Shown here piece after piece: positions 11,130 to 21,664 of a stretch of 64,000 bases of DNA. How positions within the stretch are numbered: position 1 is the first letter of the stretch; the number at the start of each line of letters is the position of its first letter. The notes beneath the pieces are model-generated. The model had not been told where the DNA came from. It searched no databases and was given only the letters and a program-made list of their open reading frames with translations. The position numbers and the translations under genes were made by a program. Source of the DNA: Myxococcota bacterium (GTDB lineage Bacteria > Myxococcota_A > SURF-8); contig CAXXQS010000002.1 in the NCBI GenBank assembly GCA_963674735.2, positions 1,184,001 to 1,248,000 of the forward strand, written 5' to 3'.

Positions 11130-11486
11130 ATGGCAGGTAAAAAACGCAATCCGGCAATGGCCACCAACCCGCTGGGGAAGGACGATCTTCTGGCGGAGAC
11201 GTTCTTTCGCAAGGGCGATGAAAAAGAAGAAACCGTAAAGAAAAGTCCCGGTAAAACGACAAAACCGGCTCCGGCGACTTCTTCCAAAACGAAAACCGCG
11301 AAAACCAAGCCCAAGCCCGATCACTACAAGGTCTGCTGCATCTCTTTGTACACCGAAGATATCGAACGGCTCGAAGCACTGGTGGCGGAGTTGAAGCGAC
11401 GCGGGCATACCAAAGCGAATAAAAGCCAATTGATCCGCTTCGCCCTGGCGACGGTCGATCTGGACGATATGCCGAAAACCTATTAA
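11130..11486 (+). CDS. Small basic protein with probable C-terminal ribbon-helix-helix domain (putative ParA partner)
   Basis: GAGG RBS; strand KVCCISLY, then helices [13 protein letters not shown] and KSQLIRFAL. Confidence 0.75.
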   Translation: MAGKKRNPAMATNPLGKDDLLAETFFRKGDEKEETVKKSPGKTTKPAPATSSKTKTAKTKPKPDHYKVCCISLYTEDIERLEALVAELKRRGHTKANKSQLIRFALATVDLDDMPKTY

Positions 11487-11631
11487 TTTAATACGAATTC
11501 ATCTTCGCCGCTTCTCGTTTCGAAGGGTCTTCGCTTGTTTTGCCCGGATGCAAGAGGTATACTTTCTTCTTAGATCTCAGGTATGTTGTGTGCCGGGACG
11601 TCCGAATCAACCCGCGCCACGGGAGGCCGTC

Positions 11632-12003
11632 ATGACGTCGATGAAACGGGTTTTCGCCTGTTGTTTGGGGTTGGCCGGGCTATTGGCTTGCTCCGATAGC
11701 GGGATCGATCATCTCGACAGCGCCTGCCGACGCCTGGACCGTTACTGTGAAACCGGCGATTATGTCTGGGTCGACTACGGGCTGTCGGAGGTGACGTTGT
11801 GCAAGGCCGCGTTTTCGTGTGCGGCGGACTTCTTCGACGCCGACTGCCGCGAGGAACTGCAGGAAGCGGTGGATTGCCTGCACGAAGTGGAAGATCCGGA
11901 GGACTGCCGGCGTTGTCAGGATGAATTCATCGATCTGTCCGACAACTGTCCCTATCCCGCTCCCTGCTTCGACGTCAAAGGACTCAACGATATCCCGTTT
12001 TGA
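11632..12003 (+). CDS. Small cysteine-rich acidic lipoprotein
   Basis: ATG at 11632 after GGAGG; LLAC lipobox; about 10 Cys in the mature part. Confidence 0.8.
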   Translation: MTSMKRVFACCLGLAGLLACSDSGIDHLDSACRRLDRYCETGDYVWVDYGLSEVTLCKAAFSCAADFFDADCREELQEAVDCLHEVEDPEDCRRCQDEFIDLSDNCPYPAPCFDVKGLNDIPF

Positions 12004-12015
12004 GTGACGCGTCGT

Positions 12016-14895
12016 TTACTCCCGCTCAAACGTCAGCGCCATCGTCAATTCGCCGGTGCTTTGTGGCACGAAGTTGACACGCAGCACGCGTCCGCCGCCG
12101 TCGGTGGTTTCTTCATTGAATTTCAATCCCACCCCGGAATAGGCCGCTTCGTCGAAAACGTATCCCTCCGGCACGTAGAAGGCGTTTTGATAGGTGAAGG
12201 GCGCTTCGGGGGTGTCGACGGCCACATCCATGACCAGCGTCAAGGTGGCGCTTGTGTCATCCCAACTCGACGACTTCAAGACCGTGCCGCCCATGGAGAT
12301 CTGGCGGTTGAAACCCAAAAACTGCGGGACGCCGAGTTTGCGCCGCAAGCTGATTACCTGGGCGCTGTGGGACGCCACCTCGGCGGTCAGGCGGTTGGTG
12401 AGTTCGCCCAGAAAGCTTTGCGACCAGAATTCATAGGCCAGGTAAGGCTGACCGGCTGCGAGACCCAATTCACGCAGGTCGAGTTCGACGTTTCGCGCCG
12501 CGCCGTCGTCGGGGATATCGCTGTAGGGGTTAGTGGTCAGGTCGCGGTTGGCCCCCCAGTTGAATAGGCCAATCAAATCATAGACTTCGTCGTAGCCATC
12601 CAGGGTGTAATCCACCTTGAGATGCCATTGCTCGGCGAATTCGCGCTGCATCAGATCCAGCGGGCGCGCACCTTTGTCGTAAATCGGCACGAGTTTGCGA
12701 ATGACGTTGATTTCCGTTGCACTGAGATCCACCAGGCGGTCGCCCAGCTTGACGATGCCGCCCGAAAGGCCGACGAAGGTGGCGAAGGCTTTGGACTCGT
12801 TCAAGGTCACGCGCGGCCAGCTTTCGTCGCGCGTGTTGGAGCGGAAAAGCAGCAAATCCGGGTGGTTGATCCATACGCGGTTGTGCAGATAATAGCGTCG
12901 TGAGACGGTGCGCATGGTGGGCTTGAAGCCCTGCTGGTTCAGCGGGTCGTCGTCGGAGACGCCCGGAGCCCAGTCCCAGATGGGCGCGTTGTCGAGGGTG
13001 ATGCGGTCGGCATCCACCAGGCCGTAATTGGTGCCCATGATGGCCACCATCAGGAAAAAGGTATCGTCGCCGATGGCTTCCCGGATCAGGCCTACCGCTT
13101 CGCGCCAGGCCTCCTCGCGGGTTTTTGTGGGGTCGTGGAAATGCGTACCGAACAGCGCCCAGTAGGCGAAATCCATCTTCAGCCACTCGAAACCCCAATC
13201 CTGGCGGAAGGTGGTGAAAAGATCGCTGATGTAGGTTTTCACTTCCGGGTTGGTGAGGTCGAGCAACTCGTAGGAACTTGACAGAAGCAGCCCCGCCTCG
13301 GTTTTGTCGGCCAGCCAGTCGGGATGCTCGGTTGCCAGTTGGGAATCGGGGTCCGGGGTGAAGGGGGCGATCCACAGGCCGGGCTTGAGACCGCGTTGGC
13401 GGATCTGATCGGCCAGCCAGGCGGGGCCGTGGGGGAAGCGGTCGCTACGCCAGGTCCAATCGCCGTAGGCCGGTTCGTAGCCGTCGTCCACCTGGAACCA
13501 GTCGAAGCCCCAGTCTCTAAGCTGAGTGGCCATAATGTCTAGGTTTTCGAGGATGATCGTTTCATCGATGCCGGTGCCGTAGCCGCCCGTGCCGCCCGAC
13601 CCGCTCCAACTGTTCCAGCCGTTGGGGACGCGGTTTCCGGGTGCGCGTTCCTGCCACAGGGTGATGTCGAGCCATTGCTTGACTTTGCCGGTGTAACGCT
13701 CCAAGCCTTCGAAGACATCGGTTTCGGACGGATGGACATACATCAATTCCGAGGCCGCCACCGTTTGATCGTCCACCGGCTTGAGCTCGGGGAGGTAAGC
13801 GCCTTCCAGCGAGAAGTAATGGAAGCCCGCCCGCCCGTCGGAAGCTGCCGGGGCTTGTCCGGGGCTGTAGGACAGATTGACCACGGGAGTGGTGGCCTCG
13901 AAGCTCAAGGCTCCGGCGATCCACACGGCTGGAGAATCGAGGTCGACCACGGCGTGATTCCAATCGGAAACGGAATGTCCGATGTAGTCGCCCGGCGCCG
14001 CCGCCTGTAAGAAGGAATCGGGTTCGACATCGCCCGGATGAATCGCGACCACGTGGTCCACGATACCGAACGATCCGTTTTCCAGGATGCGATGATGGGC
14101 CGGATCGTCGCCCAGATAGAGTCCGCCTTCCTGATCGGGGCTGGTGCGCAGGGGAATGCTTTTAGCCAGCCAGATGCGTTCGCCGGTGTTGTTGGCGAGA
14201 CGCAATTTGAAAGTGTAGAATCCTTCCTCGAAATAGGCGGAGATTTGCCATAACAGGTCGGGTTCGTCTTCTTCGCCCGAAACCGTGACCGTCAGGCGGT
14301 CGGCGATGCCCAGGCGGTCGCGTTCTTGCTTGCGATCCAAACTGCGCACGCGATCCGCATCGGTGCTCAAAACCGTGGCGGCCTCGCCCAAACCTTCCAG
14401 TTCCACCAGCGCCACGGCGTTTTGAAGGATCGGGCGGCCGTCTGCGTCGTAAATCGACACCCGGCCGGTATCGTGGCGATAAACCAGTTTCGAATCCCCG
14501 GCATCGAGGTCCACGCGCTGGCCACCGGCGGCCACGCAGGTTTGCTCGACACACAGTTGCGATTCCGTACAATCCGCATCGTTTTGGCAGGACTCGGGCT
14601 CATCGCCGTCGGTAGGATTCGCCTCGTCCGTTTCCGGTTCAGCGTCGTTGTCGGTATCGCCATCGGGGTTCGTGCAAGCGCCCCCCTCGCACACCTTGCC
14701 CAACTCTTCGCAATTATAGAGCGTTTCCCAACGCTTGGTGCTGGAGTCGCAATACTGCAATAGATTGCCCTCTTGCCCGCCGCATTGATAGAGGCCCGGA
14801 TAGCAGATCATTTCATGGCCGTCGCTGCAGGCGAAGTTCCACCCCAGGCTGGAGAGCCAGACAAGCGTCCAAAAAGCCTTGCGCCAGATCGACAT
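12016..14895 (-). CDS. Lipoprotein glycoside hydrolase, GH36/alpha-galactosidase-like, with N-terminal Cys-rich modules
   Basis: FAC lipobox; GWNSW, FQVDDGY, GLKPGLWIAPF, LDLTNP, WLKMDF. Confidence 0.85.
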   Translation of the reverse strand: MSIWRKAFWTLVWLSSLGWNFACSDGHEMICYPGLYQCGGQEGNLLQYCDSSTKRWETLYNCEELGKVCEGGACTNPDGDTDNDAEPETDEANPTDGDEPESCQNDADCTESQLCVEQTCVAAGGQRVDLDAGDSKLVYRHDTGRVSIYDADGRPILQNAVALVELEGLGEAATVLSTDADRVRSLDRKQERDRLGIADRLTVTVSGEEDEPDLLWQISAYFEEGFYTFKLRLANNTGERIWLAKSIPLRTSPDQEGGLYLGDDPAHHRILENGSFGIVDHVVAIHPGDVEPDSFLQAAAPGDYIGHSVSDWNHAVVDLDSPAVWIAGALSFEATTPVVNLSYSPGQAPAASDGRAGFHYFSLEGAYLPELKPVDDQTVAASELMYVHPSETDVFEGLERYTGKVKQWLDITLWQERAPGNRVPNGWNSWSGSGGTGGYGTGIDETIILENLDIMATQLRDWGFDWFQVDDGYEPAYGDWTWRSDRFPHGPAWLADQIRQRGLKPGLWIAPFTPDPDSQLATEHPDWLADKTEAGLLLSSSYELLDLTNPEVKTYISDLFTTFRQDWGFEWLKMDFAYWALFGTHFHDPTKTREEAWREAVGLIREAIGDDTFFLMVAIMGTNYGLVDADRITLDNAPIWDWAPGVSDDDPLNQQGFKPTMRTVSRRYYLHNRVWINHPDLLLFRSNTRDESWPRVTLNESKAFATFVGLSGGIVKLGDRLVDLSATEINVIRKLVPIYDKGARPLDLMQREFAEQWHLKVDYTLDGYDEVYDLIGLFNWGANRDLTTNPYSDIPDDGAARNVELDLRELGLAAGQPYLAYEFWSQSFLGELTNRLTAEVASHSAQVISLRRKLGVPQFLGFNRQISMGGTVLKSSSWDDTSATLTLVMDVAVDTPEAPFTYQNAFYVPEGYVFDEAAYSGVGLKFNEETTDGGGRVLRVNFVPQSTGELTMALTFERE

Positions 14896-14953
14896 GGATG
14901 CGTTCCTTTCCTTGTGTCGTTCATTTGCCGGAAACGGAGCCGACGCTGGACGA

Positions 14954-16588
14954 TTAAATGCCTTTATACCAATCGAGGATACTGAGGAAGTAGAGCATCA
15001 CGGCATACGCCGCGATGACCACCGCCAGATACGCCACCATAATGGTTACGGTATTGCCGCTGAGCTCGATCCCGACTTCCTCTTCGCGCCGGGCATAGAT
15101 TTCCCGACCGATGCGAATGATCAAGGCCAACATCACCACCACACCTGAAAGCGCCAGTAAAAGGATCACGCTGTTGCGATGATCTTTTTGCTGTTTGGCG
15201 AAACCGCGCGTGCGATTGTCGCGGGTATCGAACAGTTCCGGCAAGATGAGGTAATCTTTCGGTAATTCTCGTAAAATCTGCTCGGCCAGCGCGGTCGGGT
15301 CGTAGCTTTTGTTTGCCAGCGACAGAGCATTGATCTTTTTTTGCCAGGTTTCCACGGTCGGCCGGGAAAGAGAGCGGTCGGCGTTGAGCAGGCTCCAGAG
15401 CTTTTTAAAGGGAGCCTCCAGGGCCAGATCCTGCCGTTTGGGGTCGTCCGGATCGCTGTTTTTCAGACGCGGGTCTTCGGGGTTGAGGACGGCCGTCGCC
15501 GGATCGTAAAGGTACAGGTAGAAGGTATCGAAAGCCGTGACCGGATTGACGACGTCGGATGCCACTTGCACCTGTACCAGCCCTTGAGTGCCGACCGGCA
15601 GAGTTAAATCCACCAGCATGGGAGCGCCGAGCATGTTCTGGCGCAGCGATGTCAGCCAGCGGCCGTGTTGGAAGACGTCGATATGCCAGGCTCCCGGACG
15701 CAGTGTTTCGAGGCGAAAACGGGGATTCTGATTGGCGGGAATGAAAAAGGCTTCGGGACGGGCCAGAACTTGAGCCCCGATCGGCCCCAATTTGACTTTT
15801 TGGCTATGGACGCCGCCCTTGCTGTCGGTCAACTCGATGTCGAGCTGTTCGGCTCCCATGCGATGCGGGTAGTGGTCGAAGCGCGCGAGACCCATGGCGT
15901 CGGTTTCCAGCGTCGCAATGGTTTTCCCGCCGCTCTTGATCGTGACGGCCAGACCATCGGCCGGTAGGTGGTCGGGCAGGGTTTCGGCGACGGCCAGAAA
16001 CGCATTGTTGACGTTCGGAACGAAGCGGCCCGAGTTGGCGATCAAACGCAGTTCCACCGGCGGCGTCAAATCATTGGCCTCGATAACGTCCGTGCGGCGC
16101 AGAAAACGCGGGTCGAGAACCTGGACGTCGATGGCCCGTGGCGGTGAGGTGGGCCGCAGCGCCAGATTGAATTCATTCTGTTCCTGTCCGTATTCGGCGA
16201 CCTCGGTGGTGAGTCGTGCCAGGTAATCGCCGGGGGGCAAATCACGGGGCAGCACTCCAAGAATATTCACGTAGTCGCGATCTCCCGAGTATCCTTCGAA
16301 GAGTGTCCAGGCGCGGTCGGCGCTGGGCTGAACCAGTTCCAAGCGGACACCGAAGCGGCTTAACGGGCGCATTTCGGTGGTGCCGATAACGACGATGCGC
16401 AAGTTTAGAAGATCGCCGGGCGCATAGGTGGTTTGACCGGAAACGCGGGTAAAGAAAGGCGTTTTCTGTTGAGCGATATGAATGGCGTAGATGGTCAAGG
16501 CGATGAAATAAAGTACCAGCGCGGCAATGAACCATTTCTTCCAGCGACGTCCCCGGATTTCGTCCGAAAAAGTTCCCAGATCTTCCAT
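14954..16588 (-). CDS. Membrane protein with MG2 (macroglobulin N-terminal)-like extracytoplasmic region
   Basis: One N-terminal and two C-terminal TM segments; YAPGDLLNLRIVV and TDAMGLARF resemble MG2 motifs. Confidence 0.65.
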   Translation of the reverse strand: MEDLGTFSDEIRGRRWKKWFIAALVLYFIALTIYAIHIAQQKTPFFTRVSGQTTYAPGDLLNLRIVVIGTTEMRPLSRFGVRLELVQPSADRAWTLFEGYSGDRDYVNILGVLPRDLPPGDYLARLTTEVAEYGQEQNEFNLALRPTSPPRAIDVQVLDPRFLRRTDVIEANDLTPPVELRLIANSGRFVPNVNNAFLAVAETLPDHLPADGLAVTIKSGGKTIATLETDAMGLARFDHYPHRMGAEQLDIELTDSKGGVHSQKVKLGPIGAQVLARPEAFFIPANQNPRFRLETLRPGAWHIDVFQHGRWLTSLRQNMLGAPMLVDLTLPVGTQGLVQVQVASDVVNPVTAFDTFYLYLYDPATAVLNPEDPRLKNSDPDDPKRQDLALEAPFKKLWSLLNADRSLSRPTVETWQKKINALSLANKSYDPTALAEQILRELPKDYLILPELFDTRDNRTRGFAKQQKDHRNSVILLLALSGVVVMLALIIRIGREIYARREEEVGIELSGNTVTIMVAYLAVVIAAYAVMLYFLSILDWYKGI

Positions 16589-16888
16589 ATGTAGGCCTCC
16601 CGGAATTGGGACGACCGTTGCGCTTGGCCAACGACCGCACCGCCTGAATCTTCGGTTGATCGATCTACCCGTTCATACCCCGGAACCTTGCGTCAATTCA
16701 AGCCTTTTATGCGAAGCATGGTTCCGTGAGGACGCTGCGATTAAAAAGCTTGCGGCGGAGAATTCTTTTAAGCTATGATGGCCGCACTAACACTTGTGTA
16801 ATTCCCGTATTACTCTTAGGAAAGTGCGGCGTGGGGCTTGCCGCGTCGGATGCCGTTTCAATACAGGTGGATTCTTGTCAGAAGGAAG

Positions 16889-18475
16889 ATGTATATGGAT
16901 AGGCTCAATCAGCTCATGAAGGTGGGACTCTCGGGGTTTATGTTGTGGATGATCTTCACGGCCGGAGGTTTCCTCGCATTTGACGCGCAGGCCGCACCGT
17001 TTCGCATGACCGGTTATGATACCGCGGCGATCGGGTCGGCCAACAGTGAGATCGTTTATGGAAGTAGTTACGGGGTGTTATCGACCAATCCGGCCTTGAT
17101 GTCCCGTTACGAGCCGTCGAGCAGTATCGAGTTTATTCTGATGAAACCTTCCCTGAAGGTCAATCTGATGGACCGGCCGCAAAACGCCGATATTTCCATC
17201 ATGCTGTACAACACGCAGATCGACAAATACAAAAACAACCCCGATGTGGCGTTGCCGACTTCCGAATTGCGCGAGTCCCGCGCCGATCACAACGTCGATG
17301 AGCTGCTCACCTATATCAGCACCGGCATCACCTATTCCTTCGGGATCAAAGGTTTTCGCGCCGGTGGTTTTCTGATTTTGCCGGTGATGGAGCAGATCGA
17401 TGCCAAATTGAAATACTACGACGAGCGCGAGTCGTTTTTCTCCAACACGGTGCATCTGGCCCGCTTCGGGGAGTGGTCGCCGCAGATTACCGGCATGCTG
17501 GGCGTTTCGTATTCGCCGATCAAATACGTGTCGTTCGGCGCGGCGTTGCAGGCCTCGGCCATGCTGGTGGCCGGTATGGACATCTACGTGCCCGATGCTC
17601 AGGTGCAGGATTACGCACTGACCAACGCCGAAACCACGGTCACCGGCAAGCTGCGCCCCATCATCGGCGTGCAGGTCGAGCCGCTCGACTGGATGGCTCT
17701 CGGTATCACCTGGAAATGGCGCTCCTATGCTGAAGTGGACGGCTCGGGCAAGATGCAGCTTTGGAACTTCCACGAAACGTTCGAGGCGGCCGAAGAAGCC
17801 CAAACCACGCCCAAACGTGTCACCATCGATTCCGATTTCGTGCTCGATTACGAACCGATGGAACTCACCGGGGGCTTGGGCTTTCGTTATGCCGGTTGGA
17901 ACATTCAGGGGGCGTTTACCTGGAATCGTTGGGTGGACTACCGCGACGATCATGCACAGCGACCGCAGGAATCCGCCGTTTATGCCTCCGCCGATCCGCG
18001 TTTCGACGAGGACGGTGTGTTGATCTATGGCCCCAGCTATTTCACCGGTGATGATTACAAGTGGAGCGATACTTTCTCGACCAATATCGGAACGAGTTGG
18101 CAGTACGTCGATTGGGCCAAGACCTCCCTAGGCTTCAGCTGGTACAATTCGCCGGTTCCCGCCCAGACGGGACGCACCAGCTACGCCGATTCCGACACCT
18201 GGTGCTTGGCGTTGGGGCAGCGTTTCGATTTCACCATTCTGGAGCAGAACTTCAACGCCGCCCTCGGTTTCCAGTTCTGGCAGATGATCCAGCGGACCGT
18301 CTACAAAAACGCCGGTCGCATTCAGGATGAATTTCCGGATGACTCGATTACCCCCATCGAGCTGGCCGAAGTCGAAGCGGCCAAGGGCCTGCAGACCAAC
18401 AACCCCGGCTTTCCGGGTTACACGGTCAAAGGCTGGATGATCGTCAGCAGTTTGTCGCTCGGTTTTGAGTTTTAA
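16889..18475 (+). CDS. Outer membrane beta-barrel, FadL/TodX-like
   Basis: AQA signal cleavage, NPALM motif near the N terminus, amphipathic strands, C-terminal F; start uncertain. Confidence 0.75.
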   Translation: MYMDRLNQLMKVGLSGFMLWMIFTAGGFLAFDAQAAPFRMTGYDTAAIGSANSEIVYGSSYGVLSTNPALMSRYEPSSSIEFILMKPSLKVNLMDRPQNADISIMLYNTQIDKYKNNPDVALPTSELRESRADHNVDELLTYISTGITYSFGIKGFRAGGFLILPVMEQIDAKLKYYDERESFFSNTVHLARFGEWSPQITGMLGVSYSPIKYVSFGAALQASAMLVAGMDIYVPDAQVQDYALTNAETTVTGKLRPIIGVQVEPLDWMALGITWKWRSYAEVDGSGKMQLWNFHETFEAAEEAQTTPKRVTIDSDFVLDYEPMELTGGLGFRYAGWNIQGAFTWNRWVDYRDDHAQRPQESAVYASADPRFDEDGVLIYGPSYFTGDDYKWSDTFSTNIGTSWQYVDWAKTSLGFSWYNSPVPAQTGRTSYADSDTWCLALGQRFDFTILEQNFNAALGFQFWQMIQRTVYKNAGRIQDEFPDDSITPIELAEVEAAKGLQTNNPGFPGYTVKGWMIVSSLSLGFEF

Positions 18476-18498
18476 CCGGCGTTTACGAGGAGGATTCC

Positions 18499-19896
18499 AT
18501 GCTGTTTAAACAGATTTCAATCGCCGTTTCCATCGTCGGGCTGGTCCTGGCGGCGTCGGCTTGTTCGAAGACCGAAGGACGCATGACCGACTACTCGGAA
18601 CTCGGCTATACCGAATGTTCGAGCAGCGATGACTGCCTGCCGTTCAGCTATTGCCGTATGACGGACGATGGCGGCGATAGCGGCCTATGCTGGGCGGACT
18701 GCCGCAATGTCGAAGATTGCCGGGCGATTTCAAGCGAATTGATCTGCAAAGACTTCGCCTGTGTCGACCCCGACACACTTGTAGATGGCGATGCGGATGC
18801 GGAGGATGATAGCGGTGGTGAGTGTGTCCCCGGAACCGAGACCAACCTCTCCTGTTTGTACATCGCGCCCGAAGCCTGTGAAGGGCAGGGCTGGGTGAGC
18901 AACTGTGCCGACCGTTATTGCTACGACAACGGCTTTCGCTATGCCTGCCAGAAAGTGGGCGAGGGTGAATGCACCACCCGTGAACCCTGTGAAGGTAAGT
19001 GTGTGGATATGTGTGTTGTGGACTTGATCGAAGGCGATGAGACGGCGGCCGACGGGGACGATCCTTCCGATGGCGAAGTGGCCGCCGGTGAGGCTTCGGC
19101 CTGGACGGGCGTATGGGGAATCATTTTCACGACCGCCGCCCGCACCACCGGCCTGCCGTTGGTCCCGCATCAAGATACCGTTTCCATTCACCATTCCCTG
19201 GTAAGGGTTTCGCAGGACGGCGATGATGTGGTGTTTTTATCCAATCTTTGCCTGCTTGAGATGCACAATTTCAAAGATGACAAGGTTTACGCCATCGGGG
19301 AAGACCTGGCCCAGATGGTGGTGCCGGACGCCTATTATCAGAATCTCGGGATGCTGAAGCACGTTTTAAAAGATGCCCCTGCGCTGGAGTCGGGTGTGGA
19401 ATTCGAAACAGAACGCTGGTGGGAGGTGCGTGGCGCCGAGATCGACGATCCGACTTGCACGGTCAAGGATTACGAGCAGGAGGATGTGTGCGGATCCGAT
19501 CTGCCGGATCGCGCCGCCTTCGAAGGAGGCGATGAGCGTGTCTGGGATATGGATTACGACGGATTCCCGGGGCAGACCACCCGCATGGTCGGGCTTCTTC
19601 CCGGCGACGTTTATTCCGACCAGCGCTGGTCGTCGCGGCTGGTGGGGACGGTGGCTGACGCGGATCATCTCTACGGCGTGGTGCCCAACACCAACCGGCA
19701 GTACCAGCTTGGGGCCAGTGATCCGGTGTTACTGTACGATACCATCACGGCGATCCATCCGGAGCAGAGCCGCAGCTATTTCCGCCTGTTGCGCATGAGC
19801 GACAACGCTACCTGCGAGGATGTAATGGAGCAGGCACATACACCGGGGAGTTGGCTGGAATTCACCGTGCATGTCGATGATCGCACCGAACCCTAA
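18499..19896 (+). CDS. Cys-rich lipoprotein in an operon with the FadL-like gene
   Basis: GAGGAGG RBS; ASAC lipobox; CSSSDDC motif, DGD linkers. Confidence 0.8.
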   Translation: MLFKQISIAVSIVGLVLAASACSKTEGRMTDYSELGYTECSSSDDCLPFSYCRMTDDGGDSGLCWADCRNVEDCRAISSELICKDFACVDPDTLVDGDADAEDDSGGECVPGTETNLSCLYIAPEACEGQGWVSNCADRYCYDNGFRYACQKVGEGECTTREPCEGKCVDMCVVDLIEGDETAADGDDPSDGEVAAGEASAWTGVWGIIFTTAARTTGLPLVPHQDTVSIHHSLVRVSQDGDDVVFLSNLCLLEMHNFKDDKVYAIGEDLAQMVVPDAYYQNLGMLKHVLKDAPALESGVEFETERWWEVRGAEIDDPTCTVKDYEQEDVCGSDLPDRAAFEGGDERVWDMDYDGFPGQTTRMVGLLPGDVYSDQRWSSRLVGTVADADHLYGVVPNTNRQYQLGASDPVLLYDTITAIHPEQSRSYFRLLRMSDNATCEDVMEQAHTPGSWLEFTVHVDDRTEP

Positions 19897-19922
19897 TTCC
19901 TGAAGCAATCGAAAATCACGCG

Positions 19923-19951
19923 CACCCGCCCCGAAAAGGCGGGTGTTTTTT
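19923..19951 (+). terminator. Intrinsic terminator
   Basis: CACCCGCC/GGCGGGTG stem then T6. Confidence 0.85.
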
Positions 19952-19953
19952 CG

Positions 19954-21597
19954 TCAAGGTGTCGGGGGTGTTTGGCTTCCGGGCGGAGGTCCGGCGATGT
20001 TTTGTACGGCCTTGAGGACGGCCTCTCTGATGGTTTCAAACAGCACGGCATGACCGGCGACATTGGGATGGGAGTCGCCGCTGGGGGTGCAGTTTTCGAC
20101 TCCGTCGATCAGCTTGCGTGCCACCAGCGGGACGAAACCGTTGTGGCTGGCGGCGGCGATCATGCGTGGATCGGGATCGCGCCCCATATCCTGCACGATC
20201 AGAGCGATTTTCGGGCCTTTAAACAAATGGGCCGCTTTCGCCAAGGTGATGTCCATCGCCTGAAAGCCCTCCGCTTCAAATTCTGGGATTCGTTCGGGGG
20301 TGGCGAGCGGCTTGAGCAAGATCATGCTTAAATACTTTGACGTATAGGGCATATGGGGGATTCGAATGTGCATGGGCCAACGGTAAACGATTTCGCCGTT
20401 TTCCAAGTAGGGGCGTAGGGTCATGATACTGTCGAGACCGCCGTCCTTTTCGTATCGATACGAGTTGTCTTTGGGGTCGGAAGGGTGGAATTGCCAGAGA
20501 AGAATGTCGGGATCGAAGGTCATGCACTCATGTTTGAAACGCAGATACTGCTGTGTGGTTCCGTAACCATAAGCGCCGAAGGCCAAAACCTGCACTCGAT
20601 AACCGAGCGTGTTCAGATACCGTTCCAGCAATTGAAAAAACGGCTTGCCATCCGAGACGGTGGCGGCGTCCGTCCAGGAATCGCCGAAGACGCAGATTCG
20701 CAGGGTGCCGGGTGGCTTGATCGATTTGAATTCCCGGGTACTGCGCATGCCGAGAGAATTATAAGTTCTGGTGACGTTGCCGTAGCACACCCGGTCTTCA
20801 TGAAACTGATTGGGCCCACGCACTACCCACCCGAAGACGGGATGGGTGATGCCACCGACATGGGAGTCGGCCAGTAGAATGGTTTTGACGGCGTATTCGG
20901 TCAGAGCCAGCAAGCCGAGCAAATAGACGGCAAACAAACACGATAATCCTATGCGCCGGAGCAAGGCAAAAAGGCGGCGCCTATCTCCCGAGATTCGTGG
21001 CCATAAAAGCCATACAAACGGAGTGCTGACGACCAGAAGCACGAACAAAATAGGTATGACGATAACGAGGACGCCGAAGGGCCCGTCAAGGATGGGGAAT
21101 TCATCTGTCCAGTACTGAGGCTTGGTTTTGAGTGTATTCAGGGTCATTTTCAACTGATCGGCGGTGTGTTGCAGGCTTTCACGCCGTTGAAATCTCGTTT
21201 GCAAAGATGTGAAAGGATTGACGCCGCCTTCGAGTTCGAAGGTCTTCAGGCGGGTTTCGATCGAGGCCAGAAGAGCGTCGTCCACTTCATGTCCGAGGCC
21301 GGCTTGCACGGCCAAGTCGCGGGTTTTGTAGCGACTCTGCGGAGCGTGCGCCAGCGGATTGATTTCGACAAGCGTTTCATCGCGACCATCGGTCAGGTGA
21401 AGCCGGATATATTCATGATGAACGTCGAGGGTGGTGAGGGACCATTCGTCCACCTTCTCGCCGCTTTGAAAGGGGAACGACGAGGCGTCCCAGGGCTCGC
21501 TGAAAAGCGGATGGATCCAATACAGGGCAGCTGCGAGGGCTGCAAGCAGGATTGCTATCCCGCCGACGAGTATCCCGCGCACGATTTTAGTTTTCAT
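19954..21597 (-). CDS. Membrane-anchored SGNH/GDSL-family hydrolase or acyltransferase
   Basis: VFGDSW, GAYGYG, DSHPNVAGH; three TM segments. Confidence 0.8.
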   Translation of the reverse strand: MKTKIVRGILVGGIAILLAALAAALYWIHPLFSEPWDASSFPFQSGEKVDEWSLTTLDVHHEYIRLHLTDGRDETLVEINPLAHAPQSRYKTRDLAVQAGLGHEVDDALLASIETRLKTFELEGGVNPFTSLQTRFQRRESLQHTADQLKMTLNTLKTKPQYWTDEFPILDGPFGVLVIVIPILFVLLVVSTPFVWLLWPRISGDRRRLFALLRRIGLSCLFAVYLLGLLALTEYAVKTILLADSHVGGITHPVFGWVVRGPNQFHEDRVCYGNVTRTYNSLGMRSTREFKSIKPPGTLRICVFGDSWTDAATVSDGKPFFQLLERYLNTLGYRVQVLAFGAYGYGTTQQYLRFKHECMTFDPDILLWQFHPSDPKDNSYRYEKDGGLDSIMTLRPYLENGEIVYRWPMHIRIPHMPYTSKYLSMILLKPLATPERIPEFEAEGFQAMDITLAKAAHLFKGPKIALIVQDMGRDPDPRMIAAASHNGFVPLVARKLIDGVENCTPSGDSHPNVAGHAVLFETIREAVLKAVQNIAGPPPGSQTPPTP

Positions 21598-21610
21598 GAG
21601 CCACCTGATT

Positions 21611-21643
21611 AAAAAAAACGCGCCGGTCGTGAAACAGGCGCGT
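21611..21643 (-). terminator. Intrinsic terminator after the TPR lipoprotein
   Basis: ACGCGCC/GGCGCGT stem with T8 on the minus strand. Confidence 0.7.
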
Positions 21644-21664
21644 GGGAAAACGGATTAGGGTCGC

